Source: an uncultured delta proteobacterium
Lineage (GTDB): Bacteria > Myxococcota_A > UBA9160 > SMWR01
Reading direction: 5' to 3'
Length of the DNA: 64,000 bases
Assembly: GCA_963832165.1 (NCBI GenBank)
Contig: CAWHTE010000007.1
Location: 512,001 to 576,000, forward strand
Below the pieces are notes generated by a model. That model was not told the origin of the DNA. It did no database searches and saw only the letters and a list, made by a program, of their open reading frames with translations. This document shows positions 24,574 through 37,349 of the stretch, piece by piece (the first letter of the stretch is position 1; each line of letters begins with the position of its first letter). Made by a program: the position numbers and the translations under genes.

Positions 24574-24767
24574 AAAGCAAACAGGGGTATATCTCCCGGT
24601 CTCGACTCCTGGTCGCGGCGAAATACCCCTGAGAAAAACGTCGATTGAAAGTAGTTAGTGTGTAGAATTATCACGGGTTCCCCCCCCCGTGGAGATTGCG
24701 TAACAGCACTTACACACCCTCAACCTGCCCGAGGATCCTCGAGCCGTTCCCTCGAGAGGAAACAGAT

Positions 24768-26154
24768 ATGGCTGCTGCACAACTCCTGCTCGTCGAAGAC
24801 GACAGCGCGATGCGCGAGATGCTCGAGTCGTTGTTCCGCCAGCAGGGTTACGTGGTTTCGGAAGCTTCGACCGCGAGCGCCGCGCTCGAGCTGGCGCGCG
24901 AGACCGACTTCGACGTCGTCCTCTCCGACATCAAGATGCCGGGCAAGTCGGGACTCGAGCTGGTCGGCGATCTGCGCGAGCTGCGCCCCGACACGCCGGT
25001 CGTGCTCATGACCGCGTTCGGCAGCATCGACACCGCAGTGGACGCGATGCGCGCGGGTGCGTTCGGCTACACGACCAAGCCGTTCCAGCCCGAAGAAGTG
25101 ATTCGCACCGTGAAGCGCGCGCTCGATCGCCGCTCGGTGGAAGACAACAACCGCAAGCTGCGCGGTGCGAACAGCAGCTCCAGCTTCAAGGAGCTCATCG
25201 GCGAGAGCCCGTCGATGCGCAACGTGTTCGCGGTGATCCGCCGCGCCGCGCACGTCGACGCGAGCGTCCTGATCACGGGCGAGAGCGGAACGGGCAAGGA
25301 GGTGGTGGCGCGCACACTGCATCACCACGGCCGTCGCGTGAACAAGCCCTTCCTCCCGATCAACTGCACCGCGATTCCGGAGGGACTGCTCGAGAGCGAG
25401 CTGTTCGGCCACGTGCGCGGCGCGTTCACGGGAGCCGTCGCGACCAAGCGCGGCCTGTTCGAGCGCGCCGATGGCGGCACGCTCTTCCTCGACGAAATCG
25501 GGGACATGGGAGCGGGCCTCCAGGCCAAGCTCTTGCGCGTGCTCCAGGACCACGAGGTACGACCGGTCGGCAGCACGCAGGCGATCAAGGTCGATGTGCG
25601 CATCATCGCGGCCACCAACCGCAACCTCGACGTCGAGATGGAGGCCGGGCGGTTCCGCGAGGACCTCTACTACCGGCTCAACGTGATCCCGATCCATCTG
25701 GCCGCCGCTGCGCGAGCGGCCCGAAGACGTGCCGTCGCTGGTGGAGGCATTCACGCGCAGGCACAGCGGCGACCGGCCGCGGCGCTTCTCGCGCGACGCG
25801 ATCAGCCGGCTGCAGACGCAGACGTGGCGCGGCAACGCGCGCGAGCTCGAGAACGTGATCGAGCGGACGCTCGCGCTCTCCGACGCCGATCTGCTCAGCG
25901 CGCAGGACCTGCCGATCTTCGGCGCGGGCAACGACGAGATGGGCTTCCCGACCGCGTCGAACGCGGTGGCCGACGGCGGGCTCGAGCGGGCGCTCGACGA
26001 TGCCGCGCGCCACGGGCTCACGCTGCGCCAGGTCGAAGACCTCTACATCGAAAAGATGCTCCTGGTGACGGGCGGGAAGAAGGGCGAGGCCGCGCGGCTG
26101 CTCGGCATCGACCGCAAGACCCTCTACCGCCGCGATCCGACGTCCAACCAGTAG
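24768..26154 (+). CDS. Sigma54-dependent NtrC-family response regulator (apparent +1 frameshift at ~25701)
   Basis: Receiver (VEDD, SDIKMP), [30 protein letters not shown]. An extra G in CTG-G-CCG breaks [12 protein letters not shown]. The Fis-type HTH ([14 protein letters not shown]) is in the next frame. Confidence 0.88.
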
Positions 26155-26201
26155 GGCGAAGGGCGCGAAACAGCCTACGATTCCGGCCCGTGGAGGGTCG
26201 T

Positions 26202-27971
<1,770 letters not shown>

Positions 27972-27977
27972 CGCGCG

Positions 27978-29066
27978 TCATGTTGGCGCGTCGTCGGTGC
28001 GCACGAGCTTGCGTCCCGGTGCGAGCGGCAGATCGAGCGCGGTCACGAGTCCCGGCGCCGCTTCGCACACCGCAGGAATCGCGTTGACCACGCGCATCGC
28101 GGTCGCGAGCACGCCGCCGCGGCCCGACGCGCCGCCCTTGAGCGTGAGATCCAGCGTGAGCGACGGCGAGCCCTCGATCGCGACGCGGTGCACCGACGCG
28201 CGGCCCGCGGGCGGTTGCGGCCAGTCGGGCGCCTGATCCGCGCGCGTGCGCGTCACGTGCTCGGCGCTGATCACGGGTCGGCCCGCGACGTAGCCCGTCA
28301 CCTCGAAGCGGATCGCCGAGACGGTGCCGGGCTCGATCACCGTCATCGGAACTTCGATTCGCTCGACCGCGACGAAGCGCTCGACGCTCTCGCGAATCTC
28401 GTCGAGCCCGACGTGCATCGCCTCCGCGAGCAGGCGCACCATGCCGCTTCAGTAGAGCGTCGGCACGCCCGCAGAGAGGATCGGCGCGGGCGCGTCGGGC
28501 GGCTTGCCGAACCCGAACGGAATCGCCCAGGACGGATCCGGGTGCGTTCCGTAGTCGGCGATCTCCTGCACGCGCACGCGCTCGACGCGCTCGCACAGCG
28601 ACAGCGCCGCGAGCGGCATCAGGTCGCCCGTCCAGCCGGGGTCGATCCCGTTCGTGAACAGCGTCGTTCCGCCCTCGCGGCACGCGGCCGCGAGCACCTC
28701 GGTCACCTTGGGATTGGCGCTCGCGGGGTGGATCAGGTTCATCATCGACGTGGAGACGACGTTCTTGCCCGATCGGAGCAGCGCCGCGATCTCCCCCACC
28801 GCGTCGCGCGTGCGCGTCTCGCCAACCGCCGTGTATACGACGCAGTCCGCCGGCGTGGCCAGCAGCACCGCCGCGTCGTTTGTCGCCACGACCCCCGTGC
28901 GAACGCCGAGCTTCGCGAGCTCCCCCGCATCGCGCCCGGCCTTGCCCGCGTCGTGCACGTACACACCCACCAGCTCGAACGTCGGGTCCTCGATCAACGC
29001 CCGCAGCGCGAGCTTACCGACCGCCCCCGTCGACCACTGGATCACCCGGTAGCGCCCACGATCCAT
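27978..29066 (-). pseudogene. Dihydrodipicolinate-reductase-like / amine dehydrogenase family, interrupted by an in-frame TGA at 28449-28451
   Basis: RVIQWSTGAVG, LLRSGKNVVST, NGIDPGW, ATAMRVVNAIPAVCEAAPG. Both halves are in the same frame. Confidence 0.7.
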
Positions 29067-29089
29067 GCGCGGATGGTACCGAGTCACTC

Positions 29090-29123
29090 GTAGGGCGGAT
29101 TAGCCCGAAGGGCGTAATCCGCC
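29090..29123 (+). repeat. GTAG-type REP palindrome
   Basis: GTAG-GGCGGATTA-GCCC-GAA-GGGC-G-TAATCCGCC, a nested inverted repeat. Confidence 0.8.
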
Positions 29124-29170
29124 AAACCGCTTCCCGCCTCGCCGCGACTCACGATAGAATCCCGGCGCGC

Positions 29171-29244
29171 GGGCCCTTAGCTCAGTTGGTTAGAGCAACC
29201 GGCTCATAACCGGACGGTCCCAGGTTCGAGTCCTGGAGGGCCCA
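29171..29244 (+). tRNA. tRNA with CAT anticodon, most likely tRNA-Ile2; CCA not encoded
   Basis: GGGCCCT/AGGGCCC acceptor ends, TAGCTCAGTTGGTTAGAGC D-arm, CCGG-CTCATAA-CCGG anticodon arm, GGTTCGAGTCC T-arm. Resembles ileX-type tRNAs and lacks the initiator GGG/CCC anticodon stem. Confidence 0.92.
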
Positions 29245-29298
29245 CGCCTAACGCGGCGATTCTCTTCGGCGGTCGTGTCCTTCAAATCGGCGCTTCCA

Positions 29299-30503
29299 TC
29301 AGTGGATCGCGCCGTCGACCTTGAGCTGGATGACCTCGTCCATGTCGTAGCCGACCTCGAGCGAGCACCTCGTCGGTGTGCTCCCCGTGGCGGGGCCCGG
29401 CCGGGTCTCGTAGGGCGCGCCGTCGAACTGGATCGGCGGCGCGACGAGGCTGAGCGTTCGGCCTGCCTCGTCCTGGACCTCGGCCATGTACCCGTTCGCT
29501 ACCACCTGCGGGTCGGACGCCAGCTCGCCCACCTTCTGCACCGGATCGAACGGTCCTCGCTGAGCGGCGAGGACCTCCTTCCACTCGGCGAGCGTGCGCT
29601 CGGCAAAGAGCGCCTCGACCAGCTTCACGCAATGGACGCTGTTCTCCTCCCGAGCCTCGTGGGTCGCGATCAGCGGATCGGTCTTCCACTCGGGCCGGCC
29701 GACCCCGTCGCAGAACGAGGGCCAGTAGTGCTGCTGGTCCATGGACAGGTGGACGAAGCGGCCGTCCTTCGTCCGGTACGAGTTCACCAGCGGGGCACCG
29801 CTGCCGCGCGGGGACGGCGCATCTCGTCGGTGCCCAACAAAGTCGATGTCACGATCGCCGTCTGCATCGCCCACATGCCGGTGTTGAGCAGCGAGGTGTC
29901 GACCACCATCCCTTCCCGGTCCGCTCCCGGTGCAGCAAGGCGGCCACCACACCGGACGGCCAGCGCGAAGCCGGTCTGGCTGTCTCCGAAGGCGGGCGCC
30001 GGCATCGCCGTCGGCATCGCCGCCCGGAGGCGAGGCCGCGTTCGCCAACCCCGCCCTCGACCAGAACGACGTGGCGTCGTAGCCGCCCAGCTCTGCGAAC
30101 GGACCCTTGGTCCCGCGACCCGTGTTGCGGGCATAGATGATCTCCGGCTGTCGCGCCCGGATGTCGTCGACGTCGATGCCGAGACGCTGGCGCACGCCCG
30201 AGAGAAAGCTGGTGAAGAAGACGTCGCTCCGCTCGGCGAGCTGAACAGCGCCTCACGTCCGCGCTCGTGCTTCAGGTTGATCGCGGCGCAGCGCTTGCCG
30301 TGGTTGAAGATGTGATAGAAGTGACTCGAGCCGCCCTCGGGCGGCGGCACGCCCCAGACGACGCTGCCCCGCATGATCTCGCCGTGTGTGGGGTCCTCGA
30401 CCTTGATGACGTCGGCGCCCCAGTCGGCCAGGATGCTCCCCGCAATCGGCACGGCGCCATGCGACGACACATCGAGGACGCGGAACCCCTTGAGTAGCTC
30501 CAT
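29299..30503 (-). pseudogene. CaiB/BaiF CoA-transferase, several frameshifts
   Basis: LKGFRVLDVS, LADWGADVIKVEDP, NHGKR, GYDATSFW, VDTSLL, YRTKDGR spread over three frames. Confidence 0.8.
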
Positions 30504-30521
30504 GCTGTGTGTGCCCCTTGT

Positions 30522-31762
30522 CTACAGCCCGTAGCGCTGCCGGATCCCGTCGAAGCGCGCGCGCATCTGAGTTAATCGCTCCTCCGGCGTGACAAGCGTG
30601 CTGCCCTGCGGCATGGCTGCGCCGAGCGCCCCGCGCTTCACCACTTCGGTGCGAAAGCGGGTCACGGTGCTGCTCATCAGGTTGCGATAGGTGAGGTTGC
30701 CGCGCTCGAAGCCCTGGGTGTCGAGCCAGTTGTGATAGCCCGGATCGTCGTGCGCGAGCACCAGCCGCACCTTGCCGTCGCCGTCCACCGCGGTCCGGCG
30801 GGCGTGTAGCTCACCGGGCGGTAGAGGATAGTCCATGCTGTTGAAGAAGACGCCCATGTATCGAGACCATCCAGAAGCCGTCGTGGGCGTCGAACTCGAG
30901 GATCAGCGCCTCGTCGGCGCCAAGCTCCCAGCACATGTTCGCGGCTGCGCGGCCGCGCTGCGCGTCGGCGCCGTGTCGGCGGCGCGGTCGGGCGGGAAGG
31001 CGTTCACGATGGCGGGATCGACGACCCCGCCGCTGTAGCGATACGGGTGATCGGGCCAGTCGCGCATCACGCCCGTCAGGAAGTCGCCCGGCCCAGTCGA
31101 TCGCGCTGCGATGATCGTCTCGGGCGTCGGCATCGGGCGCGGGGCGTCCATGCCGACGCGCTCGATCGTGAGGCGCGCGGGCGTCTCGTCCCAGCGGTCG
31201 AAGCCCTGGCGGATGAACAGCTTGCGCGAGCCCGGCGTGGTGGGCAGCCAGTTCGCCCCGCGCTGCGGGCCGCCGAGCTGAAGCTCGAAGCTGCCGTCCG
31301 GCGCGGTTTCGATCTGATGCCCGAACAGGTTGGCTTCGGGAATGTCGCCGAACGGCTCGTGCAGGCTCGGCCAGTCGGTGCCCGGCTGCGTTTCCGGGCG
31401 CGGTCCCTGCACGGTGAAGTTGAGGAAGCGCGCGGTGCCGCGTGTTGCCGTGTGATCCGGTAGACGCACTCGCCGTCGATCCACGCCTGCCGGTAGTGAA
31501 GTCGGCGGCGTCGCCGCCGAGCTTGCGGAGCGGCGTGCAGAAGGCGTGGAGCACCGGGTAGCGCGGGTCCTTGGTCTCCAGCGCCAGGTCGAAGGCCTGG
31601 CCGAGGTTCTGGGTGAGGAAGCGGAACGCGTCGGCGCGCTGCAGCGGGTTGGCGGGATTGTGGTCCTTGAAGACCTGATCGCCCGCCGCGCTGCAGCCGG
31701 TCGCAGAAGTGCTCCCACGCCGCGCGCAGCGCCGCATCGTCGGGACTGTCGCCATAAGCCAT
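30522..31762 (-). pseudogene. DUF1214-like hypothetical protein, several frameshifts
   Basis: AAWEHFCDRL, KLGGDAAD, DGSFELQLGG..RGANWLP, DGKVRLVLAHDDPGYHNWLDTQG; a type commonly found next to sulfotransferases. Confidence 0.6.
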
Positions 31763-31780
31763 CGCCGTGACTCCTCGTCG

Positions 31781-32605
31781 TCACGCGCCCAGCGCAGTCA
31801 GCAGATCGCCGACACCGCTCGGCGGCGCTGCGCACCGCCGGCGAGATGCCCTTCGCGCATCGATCCGCGGGCCGAGCAGCTCGAGATCGAACGCCCCAGA
31901 TAGCCCGCCTCGAGCAGCCAGCCGAGGATCCGCTCGAGCGGAATGGCGCCGTCACCCGGCACGGCGCGCGCGGGCAGGAAGCGATCGCCGATGCACATAG
32001 TCGCTCACCTGGACCAGCTGGCAGATCGGCACGGCGCGCGCGATCAGTTCGCGCAGCCCGGCCTCCGGCCAGCAGGAATAGAGGTCCATGCAGATGCCGA
32101 TACCGGCCATCTCCGCGAGCGTCAGCGTGTCGGCGCAGGCCGTGCGCGATGTGGATATCGGCGTAGAGCGGGGAAGCGTTCTCGATGGCAGCGCGACTCC
32201 CACCGCGCGCGCCGCCTCGACACAGGGCGCGACCGCGGCGGCAGAAGCGCTCGGCCGCGTCGTTCCCAGCGCGAGCGTCCCGTGCCCGCCGGTCAGCATG
32301 TAGATCGAGCGGCGCGCCCAGCTCGGCCGTGATGCCGATCAGCCGCAACAGCGCCTCGCGCGGCGCTTGCCAGTCCGCCGGCGCAGGGCTGAGCGCCGTC
32401 CCGACGTGAAGATGTGGCACACGGTCTCGACCCGGTAGTCGCCGCTGGCCAGCGCCGCCTGCGCCTGCGCCAGTCCGCCCTCGGCGAGCAGCGACGGGCT
32501 GATCAGGGTGACGCGGCGCGTGCCGAGCGCTCGCCAGTGTCCGGCAAGCTCGGTGAAGCTGGCGCCGAGGAAGCAGACATGGTGGATCGAGATCCGCTCG
32601 TGCAT
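31781..32605 (-). pseudogene. Sugar phosphate isomerase/epimerase (TIM barrel) family, several frameshifts
   Basis: IYMLTGG, IEN..P, ICMDLYSCW, VQVSDY, RAVPGDGAIPL fragments. Confidence 0.65.
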
Positions 32606-32631
32606 CTGCGCTCTCTCACCCTCGAAGCGGT

Positions 32632-33804
32632 CTACTTCCGCTTCTCGATCTCCAGCCCGAAGCGCTCGCGATAGGGCGCGAACTCCTCGTGCAGCGCGTC
32701 GATGTCCTCGCCGATGAGCTCGGTCGAGTAGACGAACTTGCCGTAGCGGTCGCCCTTGTTGTTCGCGAGATAGTCGCGCATCGCCGCCTCCGTCTCCGCG
32801 CTCAGGGCACGCCGGCGAAGGCGTAGAAGCCGCGGATCGTTCCGACCGGATCGGCGACGAAATCCGGGTAGCGCACGTGATGGATGCGCGGATCGTCGAG
32901 CAGCGGATTGGCCAGCGTGGACTGGAAGCTCGCTCGCGGACGCAGCGAGGTGCATCTTCGCCTGCTCGGCCCAGTCGACGTGCCGGTCAGGCCTTCCGTG
33001 AGGTCGCCCATCATCTTGATGCGCGAGGCGATCGACCTGCACCGGATCGCGATGCACCCAGATGACGCTGGCGTCCGGATAGGCCTCGAAGAAGGCCTCC
33101 AACCGGGGCCGTGGAAGCCCTTGCAGCACCCAGTAATTCTTCGGCCGCCGGTACTGGCAGTGCTGGAGCATCATCTTGTGCGATGCGGTACTGCGCCGCG
33201 AGCATCGACCGGCAGCCGGCCGATGCTCATGCCCATCGGCACGCGCCACCAGGCGGTGGGCGTCATCACGCGAAAGTCGAAGGCCCAGGTCCGCTCGTCC
33301 TCGGGCAGGCCGTCGCCGAGCATGTCGTTGTAGGGATGGCTGATGCAGCCACTTGGGCAAGCGCTCGCAGGATCTCGCGCCAGTTGGCATCGGCCTGTGC
33401 GCGACGCGGGTCGTCCGGCGCGGCAAGGCCCGGCGGCGGCGACGGGTACATGACCTCCCAGAAGCGCAGCGCCCGCGCATCGGGGTCGACCGACAGCAGC
33501 GCGTGCAGCAGCGTCGTGCCCGAGCGCGGCTCGCCGGTCGCGAACAGCGGCTTCACGATCCGCTCGGCTCCAGCGCGTAGCGCTTGTGGTCGTCGAAGAA
33601 TTGCAGCCGCGAGGTCAGCAGCCAGTGGCAGACCTCGGCGGCCTTGCGCTGGCCCGCCTCGTCCATCCCGGCGCCGCGCAGCTGCTCCACCGCCTGAGCG
33701 AAGCGCGCGACGAAGGTCGCGTCGCCGAAGTCGCCAAGGCCCGTCTCGGCTTCCGCCGCGGCGAGCAGCGCCCGCGCGTCCAGGATCCCCGGCGCCACGC
33801 TCAT
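32632..33804 (-). pseudogene. Sulfotransferase, several frameshifts
   Basis: PLFATGEPRSGTTLLH (PAPS loop), YPDASVIWVHRDP, HVRYPDFVADPVGTI. Confidence 0.8.
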
Positions 33805-34920
33805 GCCCCGACCAGCCGCATCAATTCGTCTTCGGCCTCGCGCACCTTCTGCGGCGAGCGCGCTGCGTAGGCGAGGCCGGCCATGCCGCCGTAGTCGAGG
33901 ATCTTCGGCACCCGCAGGCCCGCGTCGCAAAAGCCCTTGACCGTGCGCGCGACCTGGCTGGGCGTACCGTGGGGCACGATATCGAGGATCGACTGCACGT
34001 CGACCTTCTCGAGCATGGCGAGGATCCTCTCGCGGGTCAGGACGCCGGGTCGATGTCCTGATAGCCGCGCCACTCGTCGCCGAGTCGGATGTCGATAGCC
34101 GAACTGGCGCATGACCGCGGCCGGGATCTGCAGCACGTAGCGCCTTGACCAGCGGCGCTTCCAGGATCTCCGCCAGCTCGGCATCGTCGCCGATCAGGCA
34201 GGTGATGATGAAGGCGGGCACGATCGCCATCGGATCGCGCCCGGCGCGCTCGGCGGAGTCGCGGACGAGCTTCAGCTTGGCGGCATAGTCCTCGGGCGTC
34301 CAGGCGCCCGCCGGCCACCAGCCGTCGGCGTAGCGGCCGGTGATCTCGAGCATCCGCGGACCGCTCGCGCCGATCCAGATCTGCGGGAAGCGGCCCTCGT
34401 AGGGCTCGGTGTCCATCCGCGCGTGCTGCAGGCTGAAGAACTGCCTTCGAAATCGACCGGTCCGTCGCTCTCCCAGAGCAGGCGGATGACCTTCAGCGCT
34501 TCCTCGAAGCGGCCGACCGGCTTCGAGAAGTCGAAGCCGTAGGGGACGCGTGTTCTCGGTCTCGCCGCTGCCGAGGCCGAGGATGAAGCGCCCGCGCGAG
34601 AGATGGTCGAGGGTCAGCGCGGACTGCGCCAGCATCGCCGGGTGGCGGCGAACCGTGTCGACCACGCTGGTCGCGATCGGCACGTTCTTCGTCAGCACCG
34701 CCGCCGCGCCGGCGACGGCCATCGCGTCGAGGTGGCGATGCGGCGAGGGCGAGGTGGTCGCGAGATCGGTGAACTCCGGCGTCCAGATCGAGTCGGGCCA
34801 GAAGCTGACCATGTGATCCGGCAGCCAGATCGAGTGGTAGCGACCGCTATCGAGCGTTTCGAGCTGCGAAATGCCCAGCGGCAGGGTGGTGCGCAGGAAC
34901 GCAGCGGGTTGAACCTTCGT
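33801..34920 (-). pseudogene. LLM-class flavin/F420-dependent oxidoreductase; frameshifts and an ACG where the start is expected
   Basis: SIWLPDH, RRHPAMLAQSALTLDHLSRGRFILGLGSGE, IWIGASGPRMLEITGRYADGW; GGAG-N7-ACG AAG GTT. Confidence 0.8.
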
Positions 34921-35041
34921 GGCGCGTCTCCGGTCAGGGGGGCGATTGTTGCCGACCGGGCTGCGGACGTCATCGGGCCGGGCGCTTTTTCCTATCCCGT
35001 GAGGTTCGAGTCTGGAGAGCCCACGCCTAACGTCTGGCGCT

Positions 35042-35792
35042 TCACTCCGGGTACTCGTCTTTGCGGTAGCTGAGCGGCTCCTCGGGCTGGGGCCTGGGTG
35101 TTCGATCGAGCAGGAAGCTGAAGAACGGAGCGACGAACGGGTCCGGTGCCTGCACCGTGTAGGTGTGGTAGACGGTCCCGTTCTCGCGTGCGAATGCGAT
35201 GTAGCTCGGCGCCTCGCGCAGGCCGTCCTTGAGCTCTGCGCCAACCTGCTTTGACCAGAACTGCAGCCATTCGGGCGGGTCATCGATCATCTTCTTGACT
35301 TCGGGACTCTGCTCCGCCTGCTCCTCGGTCATCGCAAGCCCGAAATCGGAATGGGAAATCGCTTCTGTAGGTCGACACGTACGGGAACTGCCAGCCCATC
35401 CGCTTCCTGTAGGCCGCAAGCCTGTCGCTCGGCGCGCGCGAGAAACAGATGAAGGTGACATCGCAGTGGTTGAGGTGGATCAGCTGCCCGTCGAACCCGT
35501 CGGCCACGCTCGTACACCCCGGGCATGCCCCGACCTGGTAGTCGGGCCCGTACATGATGTTGTAGGCGAGCAGCTGCGAACGGCCGTCGAACAGCTGGGC
35601 GAGGCTCTTCCTGCCGTTCTCGGTATCGAACTCGTACTCCTTCTCGACCGGCACCCAGGGAAGCTCACGCCGCTTGCGCTTGATCTCTTCATTTCGCTCC
35701 GCCTGCTCGCCCTCGAGCTTCGCGAGCTCCGCCCGCGCCGCCTCCCATTCCTTGCGTGTTCCTATCTTGTACTCAGCCTTGTACTCAGCCAT
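35042..35792 (-). pseudogene. DUF899 family thioredoxin-like protein, frameshift near 35345
   Basis: RRELPWVPVEKEYEFDTENG..SLAQLFDGRSQLL, CPGCT, YRKRMGWQFP, LLDRTP. Confidence 0.8.
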
Positions 35793-35957
35793 CGCCAGAT
35801 CCTCCTCGTCCGACACACTCGTCCCAGACAGCGATAGCACCTTCGGCGGACCGTCATTCCGGCATTGCGGATCTTCCACGCACGGGTAATTCGTAGAATC
35901 GGCAGCGCGATCCGCGGATTCGTGACCGGTTCAGCGCCTGCCGGCTCCGAAGGCTCG

Positions 35958-35973
35958 TGGCACGAACTATGCA
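35958..35973 (+). promoter_or_regulatory. Putative sigma54 promoter
   Basis: TGGCAC-GAACT-ATGCA (GG-N10-GC) upstream of the 36051 gene. Confidence 0.55.
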
Positions 35974-36050
35974 GCTTGGATCTAGCTGCTCTTTCGGTGA
36001 GAGCGCGCCCCATTTTGGTCCATGCGACCGACAGAACGCGAGGTGATTGC

Positions 36051-37287
36051 GTGAGCACGCGTACAGTGGAAGACGAGGGATCGCTCCAGGAGAATTCGAG
36101 CGATCGGGTGGCGCGTTATGCGGACGATTCCGATTCCCCGAGATCGGTGCGCAGCGATGTCCTCGAGCCTCGCATGCGCTATCAGGGATTCCAGCCGCGC
36201 CGCGATCGGCAGCTCCAGTGGGGGCCCGTGCTCGTGGCTGTGGTAGCCGGCTTCTTGATCGCGATCATGTTCGGTCCGCGGCGGAGCACCGATCCGGTGG
36301 GGGAGGAAGAGCTCGCGAGCTTGCAATCCGAGCTGCAGAGCGCGCGGGAGCGCACCGGTCAGCTCGAGTCCGAGCTGTCCGCGGCAGTGAAAGTGTCGGC
36401 AAGGCCGACGCACCCGAGCGCCGCGCAGAGGCCGACGCTGCTGAACCCGACGCGATGGCCGACGCGGACGAATCCGGCGCGAAGGCCGCCGCTCCCGAAC
36501 GCGACGCGTCCGAACCCGAACCGGAGGCCGCACCGGCGCCGAAGCGGGAGGGTCGTACGGAGATGACCCCCGAGGAGGTCCTGGCGCGCAAAGAGCCGGT
36601 CGTGAACACAGAAGCGGCGAAGGAAACCCAGTCGGCGGCAGCGGCGACTGCGACTGCCGATCTCGAATCCATCCGCGGAGCCGCCGCGAGCCACCCGTCC
36701 GGGTCGCGCTCGCGGAGCCGCAGAAGCTTGCGGAGGTCTCGGTCTTCGACTCCCCCGATTCGGCCGGCCCGGTCGTCCGAGCGACCTCGCAATCGGGCTC
36801 TCCGGGCGTTGCGGTACTGCAAGCGCTGGCACCCGAGCGAGCGGGGTGGACGACGGAAGCGCAGCCCACCCTCTATTGGCATGCTTCGGAGGGGTCGCGC
36901 TTCCCCTGCGAATTCAAGCTGATCCGCGAGGGAGAGGACGAGCCGCTCGTGCGGGTCCAGCTCCCGGCGCCCGATGCGGCCGGCATCCAGCGCATCGAGC
37001 TGTCCCAGTTCGGTATCTCGCTCGACGAAGGCACGTCCTATCGGTGGTCGGTTTCGCTCGTCGATCTGGAGCATTCCGGAGAGGACCGCGCGGTCGGCGG
37101 AATCCGGCGTGTGGCGCCTCCCGAGCCCGCGCCCGAAACCCTCGAGGCACTCGAGCGCGCGGGACTCTGGTACGACGCCCTCGGTGTCGTCACACGCTCG
37201 ATCGAACGCAATCCGGGCGCCGAGAACCTCGTCGCGCGGCGCAACGCAATGCTCGAGCGGGTCGGAATCAAGCTGTCGAGCTCGTAA
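36051..37287 (+). pseudogene. Membrane-anchored protein with C-terminal DUF928-like domain, frameshifted
   Basis: TM segment WGPVLVAVVAGFLIAIMF, coiled coil, low-complexity linker, then LDEGTSYRWSVSL...AGLWYDAL. Confidence 0.5.
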
Positions 37288-37349
37288 CCGGAGTCAGCTG
37301 CGCGCCGCCGGGGCGACCGCCTAACGTTCAGCGGCGGCGTTCCATTCGG

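Larger units (their letters stand above)
29222..35032. mobile_element. Putative tRNA-integrated island remnant bounded by att-like direct repeats; no integrase inside
   Basis: 29222-29253 AGGTTCGAGTCCTGGAGGGCCCACGCCTAACG versus 35002-35032 AGGTTCGAGTC-TGGAGAGCCCACGCCTAACG. Confidence 0.65.

Noticed and set aside
26151..26178. GTAGGGCG...CCTAC after the regulator stop codon as another REP copy
   Set aside because: Only 8 nt match and the characteristic arms are absent.
29270..29300. CTTCAAATC, resembling a tRNA-Sec anticodon loop
   Set aside because: No surrounding cloverleaf; selC was not found in this window.
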